From: Patescibacteria group bacterium
Lineage (GTDB): Bacteria; Patescibacteriota; WWE3; UBA101185; UBA10185
Reading direction: 5' to 3'
Assembly: GCA_018825365.1 (NCBI GenBank)
Contig: JAHJEV010000003.1
Span: 387,669 to 451,668, forward strand
Length of the DNA: 64,000 bases
This document shows positions 26,918 to 36,075 of the stretch, in pieces (within the stretch, counting starts at the first letter, position 1; the number at the start of each line of letters is the position of its first letter). The notes below the pieces were generated by a model. It was not told where the DNA came from and did not search any database. It was given only the letters and a program-made list of their open reading frames with translations. The translations under genes were made by a program, and so were the position numbers.

Positions 26918-27328
26918 TTGGATATGTATAAACCAATAAAATTTGTTACAAAAATAAATTATAAGGATTTTTCTACTTATTACTTATATTGCAAACCACT
27001 AAAAACTCTTCTTCCTGTGGAAACATCTGAAGATAAACCATTTCCTTCCAGTACAAATACTCTTAAAAGGTTAATTAATGCGTTAGGAGGAAAAATTAAA
27101 TACCTAAAGATATACAGGTATGATCAGAGTAACTTCTATACCTATCTGAATGTTGAGAAGTCCGGAAGTTCTTATGATGTGAATATAAGTTTTAAAGATG
27201 GGATGGATGTGGTGAGGGATTCATGCATTCCGATATATGCTGAAGAAAAAATTCTCACAAACTTTGGGTTTGAAGTAACAGAAGAATTAGTTAAAAAAGC
27301 TTTGACAGAAAACGAAAACTATTTATAA
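26918..27328 (+). CDS. Hypothetical protein, possibly bifunctional-nuclease (DUF151)-like
   Basis: Weak pattern L.RLI.ALGG.I...I...FY.YL...D...IPIYAEE.IL. Confidence 0.45.
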   Translation: MDMYKPIKFVTKINYKDFSTYYLYCKPLKTLLPVETSEDKPFPSSTNTLKRLINALGGKIKYLKIYRYDQSNFYTYLNVEKSGSSYDVNISFKDGMDVVRDSCIPIYAEEKILTNFGFEVTEELVKKALTENENYL

Positions 27329-28392
27329 AGATATTTTGTGATGTTGACGTTGTGCTCAACGAGAGTCTTTGCATAATGAGTCACACCAGATGTATCGGTT
27401 AAATAAAAATAGTAAGGTGTTGGCTGAGGCTCAACAACAGCCTTTAGTGAGGAAAGACTGACACTTGAAATCGGGGTCGGAGGGAGTCCAGCCTTTTCTC
27501 TCGTATTGTAAGGACTGTCAACCTTTAACTCCTCTGAAGTTAAATCATTCGGCCACCAATTAAGCTCCAGATACTGCTCCAAAGTTGGTATGCAATATCC
27601 GTTTCCTTTACACAGCCTTGTTAATGAAACTGCATATTGAACAGTAGCGTCTGCGTCGAGTTTTACCCCCTCCCTAAGCCTTTTTATCAAAATTCCCGCA
27701 ACGATGGGTCTGTCCGCTTCACTGCTTACCTCTCTTTCAACAATCGAGGCCAACGTAACTAATTGTTCTTTATTAAATCTGGACTTTCTGATGTTTTCTT
27801 CAGTCAAAACCTCGGCCGTTTTTTGATCAAATGTGTCTTTCAATAATTTGACCAACTCTTCTTCATTACTATCTTTGTTTATAAAATAAGTATCCGGGAA
27901 AAGATAACCTTCAAGCCCGGAAGCCGCATTTACAAAAGATGGGTAATCAATTTTTGGAAGCCTTTTTGTTGCGAGTCTTGCAAATTCCTCAGCTCGCCAA
28001 CCTTCGATAAAGGTAACGGTTATATCATTTGTCCCGTGACTTAGCTGCTTAACTAATTCAACTAAGGGGGTTCCAGCCTTTATGGTATATGTTCCTGCCT
28101 GAATACTTAATTCTGATCTGTTTAAAAATACGTGCAAAACGAACAAAAATGGCGAATTAATCGCGCCTCTATCTCCAAGCGTACTGGCAATTTCAAAAAC
28201 GCTATTCCCGCTTCCAATTTCAACTGTTATCTCCTTGTCTGTTTGAGAAGGTCGGTTAATTGCGACATTGTAGTAAAAAAAGAAAAGGGTTGGGACGATT
28301 ACAAGAAAAAAGAAAAGTAGCCATGTCAGTATAATTCTTTTCTTTTTGGGAGTTAGAACATGATATTTTGTGGGATCTAGCTCATCAACCAT
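27319..28392 (-). CDS. mltG: Endolytic transglycosylase MltG
   Basis: LEGYLFPDTY, LASIVERE, SPYNT...GLPPTPI. Confidence 0.93.
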   Translation of the reverse strand: MVDELDPTKYHVLTPKKKRIILTWLLFFFLVIVPTLFFFYYNVAINRPSQTDKEITVEIGSGNSVFEIASTLGDRGAINSPFLFVLHVFLNRSELSIQAGTYTIKAGTPLVELVKQLSHGTNDITVTFIEGWRAEEFARLATKRLPKIDYPSFVNAASGLEGYLFPDTYFINKDSNEEELVKLLKDTFDQKTAEVLTEENIRKSRFNKEQLVTLASIVEREVSSEADRPIVAGILIKRLREGVKLDADATVQYAVSLTRLCKGNGYCIPTLEQYLELNWWPNDLTSEELKVDSPYNTREKAGLPPTPISSVSLSSLKAVVEPQPTPYYFYLTDTSGVTHYAKTLVEHNVNITKYLYK

Positions 28393-28629
28393 GCAGTTAT
28401 TTTAACATAGACCGGCCGTTTCTCGATACTTATTTAGTATAGATTTATAACGAGCAGTATAGCTATAAAAGATGGTTCGATGGGGTATTTACAAAGCTTA
28501 TCAATTCTCGACTCCTCGCATTTGAGCTTATGCGAACTGTTAAGATACTAGTGTTTGTTTAGTTTTGTGTGAGAAAAAATAGAACCCCTTGATGTAAATC
28601 GCAGGGTTCTTTCAAATAGAGCATTTTGG

Positions 28630-29013
28630 CTACATGAGTTGCTCGGCCCACCTGATTTTTTCTTCAGTTGCCATCAGCCAAAAGCCTTCTGGTAGTATGG
28701 GCCACACATCCACGTTATCGCCCCATTCAATACTGTGGTTGGTTGCGAATCGTCTCCAGGCCTTTGCGAGATAGATAGCCCATCGTCTTAGTCTATCTTG
28801 GCGTTCGGAAGATGTGCTTCCTACTGCAAAAATCTGCATGGCAGTCATGTTGCTTGTGCTGCTCAGTCTGATATGAAGCACAGCGACTTGCCCGTTGTTG
28901 ACATCACCAAGAGCATCAGCGGTTGCCTGTCGAAGAGCTGGACCAAGTTCGTCCATAAACTTATCGATAAGTTCGCTCGCTACCCCGGTAGTAAAAAGAA
29001 GAACATTTGGCAT
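28630..29013 (-). CDS. Hypothetical protein, possibly tautomerase/MIF-like fold
   Basis: Starts MP; alternating beta-alpha-beta pattern; AAGGAG SD; hairpin at 28581-28610. Confidence 0.45.
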   Translation of the reverse strand: MPNVLLFTTGVASELIDKFMDELGPALRQATADALGDVNNGQVAVLHIRLSSTSNMTAMQIFAVGSTSSERQDRLRRWAIYLAKAWRRFATNHSIEWGDNVDVWPILPEGFWLMATEEKIRWAEQLM

Positions 29014-29133
29014 CTCTCACTCCTTTGAAAATGATCTTATGGATTGTAATTAGGATGATTATATTACAAACGCAGAGTTTCGTCAAATACTACAGGGTAG
29101 TATAATCGCCCGTTTTGTGGTAGAATTCATGCT

Positions 29134-29456
29134 ACAGGAAGCTGGCTGATTGCTGTGCGAAAGCATAGAGGAAAGTCCAGACTGCAAAGAGCAAGGGAAC
29201 GGAGGGTAACCCCCGACGTGTAAACGCTGGTGCTAAACAAACGAAAGTTTGTTTAGACAGAAGGTGAATCAACATCTTCTGAGAGCAACAGAGACGAGCT
29301 TTTTCCGTTAGCTTAAGCATGGAAAAAGAGTGAAACGGGCAATCCCACCCTGCAGAAACCCACGAACGTACCGTTTTAAGCCTGCTCGGCAAGGTATAAA
29401 GATGGGGCGTAGATAGATAATCGGCTAAAACAAAATCTGGCTTACGGGCTTCCTGT
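29134..29456 (+). ncRNA. rnpB: RNase P RNA
   Basis: GAGGAAAGTCC and AACAAAATCTGGCTTA conserved regions; terminal helix ACAGGAAGC/GCTTCCTGT. Confidence 0.93.
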
Positions 29457-29465
29457 GCCCAAAAA

Positions 29466-30455
29466 TTACTTGGATAATCCCAAATATCTTTTAAGAATTA
29501 TAGTTCCGATCATCGTCACCGGCATTGCGCATATCGCTCCAACGATACCAAAAAAGTGGCTTCCCACCAAAAGCGCGATTAAAACCATCAGAGGTCTAAA
29601 ACCTGACACCCTTCCCATAACTTTAGGTACCAATATATTATTTTCAAGCTGTTGAATAAGTATAAACAAAACAACCACCCCAATTCCTTTTATCGGAGAT
29701 TCCGTAAAACCAACTATTCCGGCAAGTATCCCTGAAATAACAGGACCAATCATCGGAATTGCCTCTGCGATACCGGCAACAATTGCCAAAGCTACAAAAT
29801 ACTTTATTCCCAAAATTGCCAAACCTACAAAACTAGCAAGACCAATTACAAGCATGAGCAAAAGCTCCCCCCTCACCCAAGCTCCAACACTTTTTTCGAT
29901 CTCCTCAAATGTTTCCTCTACTGTTTCTTCCATCTTATCCGGGAAAATACCAATAAAATTCTTTTTAATATTTAGCCAATCCAAAGACATATAGATTGAA
30001 ATAATTATTAAACTTATAAAAGCCGCCACGTTTGTAAAAACAGAAACTGTTGCCGACAAAATTCCGGTTGTAACTTTAGAGGCTTGGGGGATTAACTCAG
30101 AAAAGTTAAGTTCCAGGTTTCCGGGTAAAGTTATGTTTCTCATAATTGAAGAAAGGTTCACAATCATTTTTTGAGATTCAGAAACTACCGGTGGGACAAT
30201 AAAAGTCACAACACCAATTAAAATTGCAGTCAATATAAGGTAAGAAATTATTACAGCGGCACCTCTTGATAAGGGTTTGTTAAAAAGAGTCAGCCTCGTA
30301 AAATATTTAACAGCCGATTCCATTGATATGACAATCAAAGTGGCTATAAAAAGAATCCCTATTATGGGGCCAAGTTTATAAATAACATAAATACCCAATA
30401 AAGCTAGCAGAGTTACAAATATCGTCTTTACGGATATAACAATCTCTTTATTCAT
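29466..30455 (-). CDS. AI-2E family transporter
   Basis: IPMIGP and QQLENNILVPKVMG motifs. Confidence 0.9.
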   Translation of the reverse strand: MNKEIVISVKTIFVTLLALLGIYVIYKLGPIIGILFIATLIVISMESAVKYFTRLTLFNKPLSRGAAVIISYLILTAILIGVVTFIVPPVVSESQKMIVNLSSIMRNITLPGNLELNFSELIPQASKVTTGILSATVSVFTNVAAFISLIIISIYMSLDWLNIKKNFIGIFPDKMEETVEETFEEIEKSVGAWVRGELLLMLVIGLASFVGLAILGIKYFVALAIVAGIAEAIPMIGPVISGILAGIVGFTESPIKGIGVVVLFILIQQLENNILVPKVMGRVSGFRPLMVLIALLVGSHFFGIVGAICAMPVTMIGTIILKRYLGLSK

Positions 30456-31391
30456 TTAACTTAGTTCTCCTTCAACTTTATTGTATATTATTTTCCAGCA
30501 GTCGTCTTTGGAAATGTCCACCCAAAATATGTCTTTGTTTTTTTTGAAATACGTCATCTGTCTCTTTATATATTTGTGGACATCGTACTTAGATTTTTGA
30601 ATTGCTTCCCCCTCGGTTGTTTTTCCTTCTACAAACTGTATGGTTGATTTGTAAACCAGCCCATGCATTTTTGGGGAACTTCCGTACCCCAGTTTTATTA
30701 AATTCTTCACTTCCTCAATAATCCCACACTTCCATATTTTTTCTACCCATAAATCCGACCTTTTATATAAAAATCCTCTCGGAGCATTTAATCCAATGTA
30801 GAGAAAATCACAATTTTTAAGATAGGGGAGAGCGGCTTCATTTATTTCCTTGGAAATTTCCCTTTCAATAGCTCTTACCAGACGAATTTTATTATTTTTG
30901 TCTATTTTATTAAAAGCTTCCGGACTGAGTTTAGACAACTTCTCCTTTAAATCTTCTAAACTCATTAAATTCAAGGATTCTCTTAATTCCAAGTCAGGCT
31001 TTACTTTCGAAGGTTTAACTTTTCCAGTGAAAAGATCAATATAAAAACCTGTTCCCCCTACCAAAAATACATTTTTGTCGGACTTTAAAATTTCTTTGGT
31101 CTTTTTTAAAGCAAAAAGCGCGAAATCATATCCAGAAAAAAACGTGTTCAAAGCTGTAAGGTCGTATCCCCAAACCCTTATTCCGTCTAACACCCAGCTT
31201 TCGTTTCCCCTCTCGACATTAATATCGTGATCGATAGGAAATTTACCTGTTCCAATATCCATACCTTTGTAAATCTGTCTTGAATCAGCTGAGATTATTT
31301 CTCCGTTGTACTTCTTGCATAAATCCAAAGCCAAAGAAGTTTTTCCTGAAGATGTGGGACCTAAAATTATAAAAACCTTACTTTTTTTCAT
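30456..31391 (-). CDS. miaA: tRNA dimethylallyltransferase
   Basis: GPTSSGKT, SADSRQIYKGMDIGTGK, VGGTGFY, YIKRQMT. Confidence 0.95.
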   Translation of the reverse strand: MKKSKVFIILGPTSSGKTSLALDLCKKYNGEIISADSRQIYKGMDIGTGKFPIDHDINVERGNESWVLDGIRVWGYDLTALNTFFSGYDFALFALKKTKEILKSDKNVFLVGGTGFYIDLFTGKVKPSKVKPDLELRESLNLMSLEDLKEKLSKLSPEAFNKIDKNNKIRLVRAIEREISKEINEAALPYLKNCDFLYIGLNAPRGFLYKRSDLWVEKIWKCGIIEEVKNLIKLGYGSSPKMHGLVYKSTIQFVEGKTTEGEAIQKSKYDVHKYIKRQMTYFKKNKDIFWVDISKDDCWKIIYNKVEGELS

Positions 31392-32589
31392 TTTTCGATT
31401 GTTTCCAAACTTTTGTTAAGTATGAGTGCCTTCTTTTTTTCTCAAGTAAAGGTACGTCATCTTTTAGCGTCATTTGAGCAACAGTACCCTTTCTTGGAGA
31501 ATACATTGCAATAAAAGCAACCGCAAATTTGGCTTTCCTTACAAGTTTTACTGTATCCATAAATTGCTTTTTTGTTTCTCCCGGAAACCCAACTATTAGG
31601 TCCGTTCCTATTTCAACCCTCGGCTTTGCTTTTCTTATTCTTTTTACCAAATCTAAAAACTCCTCGGCGGTGTATCTCCTGTTCATCGCCTTAAGAATTT
31701 CATTATTCCCGGACTGAACTGCAATGTGAATATAATTTGAAATCTTTGAAAGCGTTATCGCTTCAACAAGATCGTTTGTGAAATCAAAAGGATTTGAAGA
31801 TATAAAATCTATTTTTTCTAAACCTTCAATCTTGTGTAGCTCCCTTAATAATCCGGCGAATGGAAGTTTTTGACTGTTTCCAAGTCTAATTTTTGCTTTT
31901 TCACTTTTACTCAAACTCCAGGAGTTCACATTTTGACCACAAAGCGTGATTTCATTCTTCCCGTTTTTGACCAAACACTTTATTTCCTGCAAAATTTCTT
32001 TTTTGCTTCGGGAAACTTCCCCGCCTCTTGAATAGGGGACAACACAATAGCTACAAAAGTTATCACATCCAAAAGAAACATTCACAAAAGCATGGTTCTT
32101 ATCGTTTTTTTTCCTCTCAACTTTACCGGTACTTATTTTCTTTACTCTTTTCATTAAGTTATTCTCCTTTAAAGCCTTAAGTAACCCGGAAACATCACTT
32201 GGAGCAAAATAACCATTAAAATTTCGCGTTTTTCTTTGAAGATCTTCTATTTGGTATCTTTTCCTATTACCCAGTGCGCTACCGACAATACAACCCGTCA
32301 ATAAAACGCACGATCTTTTTCTTTTTTCTCTATCAAACTGATTAATTATCTTTCCTATCCCATAAACCTTATCCTCACTTTTTTGTCTTACCGAGCAGGA
32401 ATTAACAATAAACAGATCTACTTTCTTCAACACATAGTTGATCTCCTCGACCTCATTTTTAAATTTCGGTAATTTAAGTTCTACAAAACCCAAATCCTCA
32501 AGTAAACCCGCGATTAGACCTGAGTCCGCCTCATTTGCGTAACATCCGAAAGTTTTAATGAAATAGGTTTTGGAAATGGAACTTAACAT
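31378..32589 (-). CDS. miaB: tRNA methylthiotransferase MiaB-like (no TRAM domain)
   Basis: TFGCYAN, NSCSVR, GCDNFCSYCVVP, TDLIVGFPGET. Confidence 0.88.
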   Translation of the reverse strand: MLSSISKTYFIKTFGCYANEADSGLIAGLLEDLGFVELKLPKFKNEVEEINYVLKKVDLFIVNSCSVRQKSEDKVYGIGKIINQFDREKRKRSCVLLTGCIVGSALGNRKRYQIEDLQRKTRNFNGYFAPSDVSGLLKALKENNLMKRVKKISTGKVERKKNDKNHAFVNVSFGCDNFCSYCVVPYSRGGEVSRSKKEILQEIKCLVKNGKNEITLCGQNVNSWSLSKSEKAKIRLGNSQKLPFAGLLRELHKIEGLEKIDFISSNPFDFTNDLVEAITLSKISNYIHIAVQSGNNEILKAMNRRYTAEEFLDLVKRIRKAKPRVEIGTDLIVGFPGETKKQFMDTVKLVRKAKFAVAFIAMYSPRKGTVAQMTLKDDVPLLEKKRRHSYLTKVWKQSKNEKK

Positions 32590-32594
32590 GAAAA

Positions 32595-32945
32595 TTAACT
32601 AATTAATGAACCGTTTTTGGCCTTCTTTTTTGGCACAATTAGAATGATTTTTCCGTCATACTCTACAGCTAAAATCATCCCCTCAGACTCAAGCCCTATC
32701 ATCTTTCTTGGCCCTATATTAATAACAAATGCCGCCTGTTTGCCTATTAAACTTTTGGGCTTAAACCACTGCTTAATGCCTGAGAGTATCTGTCTTTTCC
32801 CAAGATCCCCAAAATCAACTTGAAGTTTAATAAGTTTCTCGGAGTCTTCAACATTTTCGGCCGATACAATAGTCCCAATTCTCATATCAACTTTTGCAAA
32901 ATCTTCAAATTTTATCTGCGGTTTTAACCCGATATTAGCGTTCAT
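32595..32945 (-). CDS. tRNA-binding OB-fold protein (MetG C-terminal/CsaA-like)
   Basis: FEDFAKVDMRIGTI...SEGMILA. Confidence 0.88.
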   Translation of the reverse strand: MNANIGLKPQIKFEDFAKVDMRIGTIVSAENVEDSEKLIKLQVDFGDLGKRQILSGIKQWFKPKSLIGKQAAFVINIGPRKMIGLESEGMILAVEYDGKIILIVPKKKAKNGSLIS

Positions 32946-33003
32946 ACGGTTGACTATACCGCAATTATTCTATAAACTCCACCTGTACATTTGGAGGTAA
33001 AAA

Positions 33004-33162
33004 ATGGCAAAAACATTTAGAACATACCAGCCTAAGAAAAGAAAAAGAGCCAAAACTCATGGCTTTAGAAAAAGGATGTCCACACCCGGTGGCAAAAATG
33101 TTATTAAAAGACGAATGGCAAAAGGTAGAAAGAAACTATCTGTTGTTTCAAAGTCAAAGTAG
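33004..33162 (+). CDS. rpmH: 50S ribosomal protein bL34 (missing from ORF track)
   Basis: Hand translation [52 protein letters not shown]; GGAGG SD. Confidence 0.96.
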   Translation: MAKTFRTYQPKKRKRAKTHGFRKRMSTPGGKNVIKRRMAKGRKKLSVVSKSK

Positions 33163-33179
33163 TTTCTGCTCAATTTACA

Positions 33180-33530
33180 ATGCTCAAAAAAGAAAATCGT
33201 CTCTCTTCCAATTTTGAATTTAACATAGCAAGAAAATATGGAACCCATGTCGAAGGAGATTTCTCACATATTTATTTTGTAACACCGAAAAATTACGAAG
33301 GACCGACAAAAGTTGGGGTTGTTGTTTCAAACAAGTTACATAAAAACGCGGTAGTTAGAAATAGAATTAAAAGATTATACAGAGAGGCAGTTAGGAATAG
33401 TTTTGATAAGATAAACAAAGGAAACCTGTGGGTCGCAATTCATCCGAAGTTTAACTCACAAGATAAGACTTATGAAGAAATTAATGCTGACTTTAATAAG
33501 ATTCTACAAAAAGCATCTTTCTCCAATTAA
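33180..33530 (+). CDS. rnpA: RNase P protein
   Basis: AVVRNRIKRLYRE motif; position after rpmH. Confidence 0.93.
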   Translation: MLKKENRLSSNFEFNIARKYGTHVEGDFSHIYFVTPKNYEGPTKVGVVVSNKLHKNAVVRNRIKRLYREAVRNSFDKINKGNLWVAIHPKFNSQDKTYEEINADFNKILQKASFSN

Positions 33531-33687
33531 TTTTGGGTTGGATATTTGTAGATACAAACCAAGCTGCGCCGATTACACATACCAAGCTATCGAAAAATAT
33601 GGGGCACTAAGGGGTGGTTGGATGGGTTTCAAAAGAGTGTTAGGATGTAATCCGTTTTCCAAAGGAGGCAACGATCCTGTAAAATAA
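33472..33687 (+). CDS. yidD: Membrane protein insertion efficiency factor
   Basis: CRYKPSCADY...CNPF..GG.DPV. Confidence 0.93.
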   Translation: MKKLMLTLIRFYKKHLSPINFGLDICRYKPSCADYTYQAIEKYGALRGGWMGFKRVLGCNPFSKGGNDPVK

Positions 33688-33702
33688 CAGAATCTAAAAA
33701 CT

Positions 33703-34476
33703 ATGTGGAATATCGTTCTAGTTAATCCAATATTAAACTTGCTAGTAGCCTTGTACAGAGGCGTTGGGAACCTTGGTATTGCCATAATTATTTTCACAAT
33801 TATTGTGAAGTTTGCAATGATTCCTTTAACAATCCCGTCAATAAAAATGGCAAAAAAGCAAAGGGACATCCAACCGGAACTTGACAAATTAAAAAAGAAA
33901 TTCAGTTACGACAAGAAAAAACTCGCTGAAGAGCAGATGCTTCTTTTCAAAAGACACGGAATAAATCCCACGTCCGGATGCATAACAACCATTATTACAT
34001 TTGTTTTCATGATTGCTATATACAACGTCATATCAATGTTTACTATGGCAAAGGATATCCAACTTATTAACGCCAGACTTTATTTCCCCTCATTTATATT
34101 TGGTGCGGGCGAGACAATTAACACATCATTTTTACACCTAAATCTTACAAAACCAGATCCTTTTATTATTGTTACTATTCTTGCAGTACTTACACAATTT
34201 ATTGCAACAAAAATGATGATGCCCTTCTCCCAAGTTGCCGATAAAGCAGTTAAAAAAACTCCCGGCCATGCCGACGACATAGCTCAAGCAATGCAAAAGC
34301 AAAACTTATACATAATGCCGATAATGTTTTTCGTATTCGGACTTACTCTACCCTCCGGTGTCATGCTTTACATTTTGTTCTCAACTATTTTCCAAATTGT
34401 TCAGACATACATGTTTTCAGGCTGGGGAGGATTAAAACCCTGGCTAATTAAATTAAAATTTTTTAAAAGGGAATGA
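33703..34476 (+). CDS. yidC: Membrane protein insertase
   Basis: IQPEL..L, GINP.SGC and LPSGV.LY motifs. Confidence 0.92.
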   Translation: MWNIVLVNPILNLLVALYRGVGNLGIAIIIFTIIVKFAMIPLTIPSIKMAKKQRDIQPELDKLKKKFSYDKKKLAEEQMLLFKRHGINPTSGCITTIITFVFMIAIYNVISMFTMAKDIQLINARLYFPSFIFGAGETINTSFLHLNLTKPDPFIIVTILAVLTQFIATKMMMPFSQVADKAVKKTPGHADDIAQAMQKQNLYIMPIMFFVFGLTLPSGVMLYILFSTIFQIVQTYMFSGWGGLKPWLIKLKFFKRE

Positions 34477-34958
34477 AGCATATGGATATTAAAGAGGTAA
34501 TCGAAACAAATCTTAAGAAAATATTTTCTCTTATCGGTATAAAACCCGAGTATTCAATCGAATCGGACGAAGAAGGTGTGTACAATGTGAAAATCTCAGG
34601 TGACAACCTAAATTTCCTAATCGGATTTAGGGGACAGTCTCTTGAGGCTCTTCAAACTCTTTTAAAATTAATAGTTTTTAGAAAAACCGAACAACAAATA
34701 GTTCTTTCAGTAGACATAAACAGCTACAAGAATCAAAAAAGTGAAAGGTTGCAGGAAATGGCAAGAGGTTTTATAGATAAAGTTAGATTTTTTGAGAAAG
34801 AAATTGAACTTCCAGTTATGAACCCCTGGGAAAGAAGACAAATTCACGTGTTTGTTGCTGAATACGAAGACGTAATTTCAGAAAGCACCGGAGAAGGTGA
34901 AAGTAGAAGGGTAGTTTTAAAGCCTAACAAGGTTGGTTCCAAAAAGAAGGAAAAATGA
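34473..34958 (+). CDS. khpB: Jag/KhpB RNA-binding protein (KH and R3H domains)
   Basis: LIGFRGQSLEALQ, MNPWERRQIH, SESTGEG. Confidence 0.88.
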   Translation: MKHMDIKEVIETNLKKIFSLIGIKPEYSIESDEEGVYNVKISGDNLNFLIGFRGQSLEALQTLLKLIVFRKTEQQIVLSVDINSYKNQKSERLQEMARGFIDKVRFFEKEIELPVMNPWERRQIHVFVAEYEDVISESTGEGESRRVVLKPNKVGSKKKEK

Positions 34959-36061
34959 AATTTTCTTGCTTACAGGAAAACTTATCAAAGGGACTTCAAA
35001 CAGTAATGCATGCCGTTCCTGCTAAAAGTTCGTTGCCGATTTTATCCAATGTTTTGATCTCAACTGATAACGGAAGACTTAAACTTGCGTCCACAAATCT
35101 GGAAACCGCAATCAGCACTTTTGTTGGTGCTTCAGTAGATGAGGAAGGATCAACCACAATACCCGCAAGGCTCCTGAAAGATTTTATAACTAACCTTTCC
35201 CCGGGAAAAATTAACGCACAGGTTAAGGATGAGATTCTCATCATCACCTCAAAAAACACTAAATCAAAATTTAATGGGAGTAGCGCCCACGACTTCCCGG
35301 AATTACCGACATTTCCAAAGAAATCAAAAGGTTTGGAACTTGATCCAACAACGTTAAACGAAGCTATGTCACTGGTTGCTTTTGCATCCGGAATCGACTC
35401 CAGCAGACCTATTTTTACCGGTATTTCTGTCACATTCTCAAAAGGTAAATTAACCCTTGCCGCAACAGACGGTTTCAGACTCTCAGAAAAAATAGTTACA
35501 ATTAAATCCAATGCCGAGGATTTTTCTGTAGTTCTTCCAGCAAAAACACTTTCTGAAGTCTCTAAAATATTTTCGTCATCTTCAGAACCAATTCAATTTG
35601 CTCTAAACCAAGATGAGAACCTAGCATTATTCAAATCTGAGGATACTTTAATCGCAACAAGAATACTTGATGGCCAATACCCCGATTACAAGAAAATAAT
35701 CCCAACGGAACATGTCGTTAAAGCCGATTTTAATACGATAGATTTCTTCGAGGCTGTGAGGCTTACAGATATTTTTGCCAAAGAGGGAAACAATACTATA
35801 AAGGTTCGATTTGACCCCGAAGGAAAGATAAAAATCACATCATTATCCGAAGAAACAGGTCAACACGAGAGCGTTTTCTCTGCCGAAATAGAGGGAGAGC
35901 TTGTTGAAATCGCATTTAACTCGAAATACCTGTTAGATTTTTTAACAAACATCAAATCTGAAAAGATTGAATTTCTGTCTAATGGAAATGTATCACCATG
36001 TTTGTTCGAACCTGACAAGCAAAAGAACTTCATACATATAATAATGCCGATGCAAATTTAA
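34955..36061 (+). CDS. dnaN: DNA polymerase III beta sliding clamp
   Basis: LPILSNVL, ATDGFRL, GQYPDY, IMPM. Confidence 0.96.
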   Translation: MKFSCLQENLSKGLQTVMHAVPAKSSLPILSNVLISTDNGRLKLASTNLETAISTFVGASVDEEGSTTIPARLLKDFITNLSPGKINAQVKDEILIITSKNTKSKFNGSSAHDFPELPTFPKKSKGLELDPTTLNEAMSLVAFASGIDSSRPIFTGISVTFSKGKLTLAATDGFRLSEKIVTIKSNAEDFSVVLPAKTLSEVSKIFSSSSEPIQFALNQDENLALFKSEDTLIATRILDGQYPDYKKIIPTEHVVKADFNTIDFFEAVRLTDIFAKEGNNTIKVRFDPEGKIKITSLSEETGQHESVFSAEIEGELVEIAFNSKYLLDFLTNIKSEKIEFLSNGNVSPCLFEPDKQKNFIHIIMPMQI

Positions 36062-36075
36062 CTTTCTGAGGGATT

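Noticed and set aside
29132-29392. 86-aa minus-strand ORF
   Set aside because: Antisense to the RNase P RNA.
33057-33248. 63-aa minus-strand ORF
   Set aside because: Antisense to rpmH/rnpA.
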